This document shows, piece after piece, positions 59,125 through 64,000 of a stretch of DNA of 64,000 nucleotides. Every line of letters starts with the position of its first letter. The stretch's first letter is position 1. Origin of the DNA: an uncultured Gemmatimonadales bacterium (GTDB lineage Bacteria > Gemmatimonadota > Gemmatimonadetes > Gemmatimonadales > GWC2-71-9); contig CAVUAK010000002.1 of NCBI GenBank assembly GCA_963739455.1, positions 1 to 64,000 on the forward strand, in the 5' to 3' direction. The notes beneath the pieces are model-generated. The model saw nothing but the letters and a program-made list of their open reading frames with translations, searched no databases and was not told where the DNA came from. Made by a program: the position numbers and the translations under genes.

Positions 59125-59844
59125 GTGCTGCAGGTAACCGGGCTGGTAAAGTCGTTTGGATCCCAGGTCGCGGTCGCGGGCCTGACTTTCAGCCTCGCCC
59201 CCGGCGAGGTGGTCGGCCTGGTCGGGGCCAACGGGGCCGGAAAGACTACCACCCTCCTGATGCTCGCTGGCGCCCTCCGGCCTGATGCGGGCGAGGTCAG
59301 GATCGTTGGTCATGATCTCGCTACCCAGCCCATCGAGGCCAAGCGGCTTCTCGGCTTCGTCCCCGATGAGCCCGAACTCTTCGAATATCTCACTGTCGAC
59401 GAACACCTCCGGTTCATGGCGCGATTGTACGGCGTCGCCGGGATCGACCGCCGGCTCCCTGCCCTGCTCGCTGAACTCGAGCTCGCCAACCGGCACCAGT
59501 CGCTCCCGGGCGAACTGTCCCGCGGCATGCGCCAGAAGCTGGCGCTCGGCTGTGCCTTCATTCACGACCCGAAGCTGCTCCTGCTCGACGAACCGCTCAC
59601 CGGCCTCGACCCCGTGGGTATCCGGCGAATGAAGGACGCGATCAGGAGCAAGGCGTCGGGCGGTGCCGCCGTCCTCCTGAGCTCGCACCAGCTCGATGTC
59701 GTCCGTGAGCTCTGCACCCGGGTCATCGTGCTCGGTCGCGGCAAGGTGGTCGCCGAGGGATCGCCGGCGGACATTGCCGCCCGCAGTGCGGAGCTGGGCT
59801 CAGGAACGCTCGAGGATGCAGTACTGAATCTCCTGGCTGAATGA
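59125..59844 (+). CDS. ABC transporter ATP-binding protein
   Basis: 'GANGAGKTT', 'LSRGMRQK', 'LDEP', 'SSH'. Confidence 0.93.
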   Translation: MLQVTGLVKSFGSQVAVAGLTFSLAPGEVVGLVGANGAGKTTTLLMLAGALRPDAGEVRIVGHDLATQPIEAKRLLGFVPDEPELFEYLTVDEHLRFMARLYGVAGIDRRLPALLAELELANRHQSLPGELSRGMRQKLALGCAFIHDPKLLLLDEPLTGLDPVGIRRMKDAIRSKASGGAAVLLSSHQLDVVRELCTRVIVLGRGKVVAEGSPADIAARSAELGSGTLEDAVLNLLAE

Positions 59845-61454
59845 CATCGGCCATCGGCTACCTCCTCACCCGGTCGGCCTGGAACCGGGTGCGGCAGCTC
59901 GCATCCGAATTTCGTCGGCCGGGTCCGCGGATTGCGGCGGCCGCAGCGCTTGCCTATTTCGCGTTCCTCGCCTGGTTCAGCCCGAATGGCCGGCCCGCCA
60001 GCTCCGACACCCAGGTTGCCGCGGTCGTAGGTGCGCTCGGGTTGATGGTCCTTGCGGCGTCAGCATGGCTCCTGGGTACCGGCGGCAAGCTGGTTGAACT
60101 GAATGGTGCCGAACGGGCACTCCTCCTGCCGGCCCCGATCAGCGCCGGCCGGGTCATGGACGTGAAGCTCCTGCGCCTCCAGGTCACGACGCTGGGTAAC
60201 GCGCTGTTGTGGACGGTCCTCACAAATGGCGGGCAGGATTGGGCCACGATCGCCCGGCGCGCATTCGCCTTCTGGATCGTGCTTACCACACTCCAACTGC
60301 ATCGGATCGCCGCCGCGCGCGTCCGGTCGAACGCCGCGATCCATCCTGTCCTCCGCAGGATCGTTGGAGTGCTTGGCATTGGCCTGGTAGCGAGCGTTCC
60401 GCTGTTCCTCACCGGTGCGCTTCGCGATTCCGCGCCAGGCCTCACCGCCTTGCTCGCGGACCTCTCGGGCAACCCGATCGCTCGCGCCCTCCTCTCGCCC
60501 TTCATGCTGGTGCTGCGACCACTCACCGCGGCGAGCGGCGAGGTCTGGCTCGCGCGGTTGGGCCCTGCGCTCGCGATCCTGCTGCTGCACTACTTCTGGG
60601 TACGTCGAATCGGCCCGGAAATGGAGCGGGTGCCAGACCCGCTCACGTCACCAGGCGGTGCGCCGCTCTGGCCACTCGCAGCCAGCGGGTCTGCGGCGAC
60701 GGCATTCTTCTGGAAGCATGTCACGGCCCTGGTGCGACGCCCCACCGCAGTGGTCGCCGCGGTGGTGGGGGCAGGATTGATCCTGTTGCCGATGATGCTT
60801 CAATCCATTGGTCGCGACGACGCAAGCATCTTCTTCGGCTGGATGCTGCTGATGTGGGCGCTGCTGCTCCTGCTCCTGGGCCCGCAGTTCGTGCGCAACG
60901 ACCTCCGGCGCGATCAGGGAATGGTCGCGACACTGCGTGCGTTGCCGGTGCGAGGTTACGATATCATCCTCGGGGCAAGCGGTGCGGCGGCACTCACGCT
61001 CGCATCGGGCGTCGCGGTCCTGCTGCTGGCCGGGGCCGTTGCTACCACTGGCAGCGACCAGCCGCTGCTGCCCGCCCAGCATCGTGGGGCGTGGTTGCTC
61101 GCGGCGGCGCTGGTGATCGGTCCGGTGTCGTTCGCGGGGATCCTGCTCCAGAACGCTGCGGTCATCCTGCTGCCGACATGGTCACGAATGACTGCTCGCC
61201 GAGGCACAGCCACGTCCCTGGGAACGAACCTGGCGAACAGTGCGCTGACGATCCTGCTGCTCGGGCTGCTTGCGGTGTTGCCGGGGGCGCTGGCGCTCGG
61301 GTTGTGGCGAGTTGCCGGCGAACGAGCGTGGACGCCGGTCCTGTGTGCTGCAGTTATCGCAGTGGTGCTGGGGGCGGAGTGCTGGGCAATCGTGAGGTGG
61401 CTGGGTGTCCGGTTCGAGCTATTCGACCTCGCTACGGAAGCGAAGCACGCGTAG
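59841..61454 (+). CDS. Putative ABC exporter permease
   Basis: Multi-TM, overlaps ATPase stop (ATGA), 'RNDLRRD..TLRALP'. Confidence 0.8.
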   Translation: MTSAIGYLLTRSAWNRVRQLASEFRRPGPRIAAAAALAYFAFLAWFSPNGRPASSDTQVAAVVGALGLMVLAASAWLLGTGGKLVELNGAERALLLPAPISAGRVMDVKLLRLQVTTLGNALLWTVLTNGGQDWATIARRAFAFWIVLTTLQLHRIAAARVRSNAAIHPVLRRIVGVLGIGLVASVPLFLTGALRDSAPGLTALLADLSGNPIARALLSPFMLVLRPLTAASGEVWLARLGPALAILLLHYFWVRRIGPEMERVPDPLTSPGGAPLWPLAASGSAATAFFWKHVTALVRRPTAVVAAVVGAGLILLPMMLQSIGRDDASIFFGWMLLMWALLLLLLGPQFVRNDLRRDQGMVATLRALPVRGYDIILGASGAAALTLASGVAVLLLAGAVATTGSDQPLLPAQHRGAWLLAAALVIGPVSFAGILLQNAAVILLPTWSRMTARRGTATSLGTNLANSALTILLLGLLAVLPGALALGLWRVAGERAWTPVLCAAVIAVVLGAECWAIVRWLGVRFELFDLATEAKHA

Positions 61455-64000
61455 CGCGAACACTGGTAGCACAACCAGGCTGAGCAGCGTTGACGTGAGG
61501 AGGCCGCCGAGGATCACCGTGGCCATCGGGCCCTCGATTTCCCTGCCGGGGTCACCGCTGCCGAGCGCCAGCGGCAGCAGGCCAATAGCGGTGACCAGCG
61601 CCGTCATGAGGATCGGGCCCAGGCGCTCCATGGCGCCACGAAGCGCGGTGCCAGCTCCCCACGGCGCACCCTCCACTTTCACCAGGTGATCATAGTGCGA
61701 CAGCAGCATCACTGCGTTGCGGGTCGCAATGCCGAAGAGCGTTACGAATCCAACCAGCGATCCCAGGGAAAGCACTCCACCCGTCGCAAAGACCGCGAGC
61801 ACACCACCCACCAGCGCAAACGGGAGGTTGAGCAGCACCAGCGACAGACGGTCCACCTCGCCGAAGGCGAGCGCCAGCAGCATTACGATTCCGAGCCCCG
61901 TCAGGAGCGCGTTGAGCAGCAATTCCCGCTGCGCGCTGCGCTGGGCTGCCGCCGTGCCGCCGAACTCGGCAAAGATGCCTGCCGGGAGGCGTACCGATGC
62001 CTGCGCCGCCGACTCCAGCTCTCGCGCGAAGCCGGCCACATCCCTGCCCTGCACGTTCGCCGTGACCGTCACCACCCGGCGCGTCCCCTGGTGCGACACC
62101 AGGTAGCGCCCCGTGGTCCGCTCGACATCGGCAACACTCTGCAGCGACACGACGCGCCCGTTCATGTTCGTGAGCGGAATGTGTCGCAGTTGCTCCGGGC
62201 TGCTGTCGCGCAGCGGAGTCGAGGATCACCACCACGTCCGTGGTGCGGCTGCCGTCGAACACCTGTGCCACCGTGGCACCGCGCGTCGCCGTCTCCACCG
62301 CCTCGAGCGCCTCGTCGGGGCGGAGGCCGTAGCTCGCCAGGTCGAACGGCCGGAGTCGCACCGTCACCTCCGGCGCCACCGGGGGCGGGTCGTACTGCAC
62401 ATCGGTGGCGCCGCGCACCCGGCCGATCGTCTCGGCCATGCGGCGCGCCGACAGGTCGAGGCTGTCGAGGTCGTCGCCAAAGAGCTTGACGACCACCTGC
62501 GCCGTCGAGCCCGTCAGCGTCTCCTCGATCCGCTCGGCCAGGAAGCCGCGGATCGCAAAGTTCACCCCCGGAATCCCCTCGAGCATCCGGCGGAGGTCAT
62601 CCTGCACCGTCTCGGCCGCCCGGCCCGTGAGCGGCACCAGGTCCACCTCGAACTCGGTGTAGTGCGTCCCCCAGGTGTCCTCCGACAGCTCGGCACGCCC
62701 CGCCCGCTGCGCCACCAGCCGCACCCGTGGGTCGGTGCAGCAGCCGGGCGGAGACCAGCTTGCCGAGGCGCACCGACTCATCGAGTGACGTGCCCGGCAC
62801 TGCCGACATGTGGATGAGGTAGTGGCCCTCCCGGAATTCCGGCAGGAAGGTGGCGCCGAAGAACGGCAGCGTCGCCACGGCGCCGACACAGAGCACCACC
62901 GTGGCACACGAATACCAGCACCGGTTCCTGGAAGAGGCTGGAGAGCAGCCGGGAATATCCGCGCTTGAGCTGCAGGAGCACGCGCGATTCATGATCGCGC
63001 GAGGCCCGGCCCGCCAGCAGCACCCGGGACAGTGCCGGGGTTACCGTCAGGGCCACGATGAGCGACGCAAGGGTCGCGAAGATGTATGCCAGCGCGAGCG
63101 GGCGGAACAGTGCCCCCTGCACTCCCGTGAGGGCCAGCACCGGCAGGAACACGAGCGCCACCACGAACGTCGCGTACACCACGCTGCCGCGCACCTCGAG
63201 CGACGCCTGAACCACCACGTCGCTGATGTCGGCGCCCGGCCGTGCGCGCCCAGCTGCCGCAGCCGTCGCGCGATGTTCTCGACGTCGATGATCGCGTCGT
63301 CCACCACTTCGCCCAGCGCGATCGCGAGCCCGCCCAGGGTCAGCGTGTTGATGGAGAAGCCGAGCACCTCGAGCAGGATGATCGCCGACAGGAGCGACAG
63401 CGGGATGGCCGTCAGGGAAATCGCCGCGGTCCGCATGTCGGCCAGGAAGAGCATCAGGATGACGGAGACGAGCAGCGCCCCCAGCAACAGCGACGTGGTG
63501 ATGTTGCGGAGCGCCAGGTCGATGAACGTCGCCGGCCGGAAGACATCGGCGTGCAGCGTGATGCCCTCCCGCTCGAGCGCCGGTGCCAGCGCGCGCAACG
63601 CCTCCTCTACCGCGCTTGCCACCACCTTCGTGTTGCCGCCAAGCTGCGCCGACACCACCGTGACGATGGCCGGCTCCCCGTTGATGGCCCCGTCGCCGAA
63701 CTTGGGGGCGCCCGCCACGACCACCCGGGCCACGTCGCTGATGCGGAGCACCGATCCGTCGCGCTCGCGCAGCGCCACCTGCCCGATCGCCTCGGGGGTA
63801 AGCGACTGCCCGTCTGACCGCACCACGATCCGCTGGTTGGGGCCGTCGATCACGCCCCCGCCCCGTACTCCGGTGGCGCGCCGTGCCGCATCACTCAGTT
63901 CGCGTGAGGCCCACACCGTACGCGCGGAGCCGCGCCGGATCCACCTGCACCTGAAGCTGGCGTACCTCGCCCCCGAACGAGGCGACCTTGGCGACGCCCG
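61419..64000 (-). CDS. CusA/CzcA-type RND efflux permease, partial, several apparent frameshifts
   Basis: 'TLGGLAIALGEVVDDAIIDVEN', 'FLPEFREG', 'GIATRNAV', 'RLGPILMTAL', 'GREIEGPMA'. Confidence 0.9.

Noticed and set aside
61419..61454. 36-bp tail-to-tail overlap of the ABC permease and RND gene as a regulatory feature
   Set aside because: Gene ends are unreliable given the indel rate, and short convergent overlaps are common.

Overview
GC-rich diderm bacterial chromosome segment. Gene content and order (mcsA-mcsB-clpC, fused lpxC-fabZ, bshC, DUF512-der-plsY-gpsA) suggest Gemmatimonadota/FCB group; this is an inference. It holds about 61 CDSs and 2 tRNAs (Gly-CCC, Arg-CCT), mostly housekeeping and envelope genes. 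Left arm (+): mcsAB-clpC, bamA-skp-lpx cluster, gdh, rlmH, a methyltransferase-bshC pair, murJ, uvrC, thrC, phhA and der-plsY-gpsA-surE-pcm-apt. Right arm (-): kdsB-pyrG-kdsA-kdsC-kdsD-lptCAB-rpoN, a glycosylation cluster and dapF. The arms converge on an AT-rich gap holding a 28-bp dif-like XerCD site (41361-41388), so this is probably the replication terminus. Many genes, including essential ones, are split by frameshifts that look like single-base insertions where checked; I read these as sequencing or assembly errors. Most interesting items: the dif site, three paralogous uncharacterised lipoproteins next to tRNA-Arg, a candidate N-methyl-bacillithiol gene pair, a GnnA/LpxJ-like lipid A variant cluster, and intergenic repeat-built palindromes, one containing anti-SD sequences upstream of dapF. 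I found no CRISPR array, transposase or prophage. All calls rest on motif recognition without database searches.
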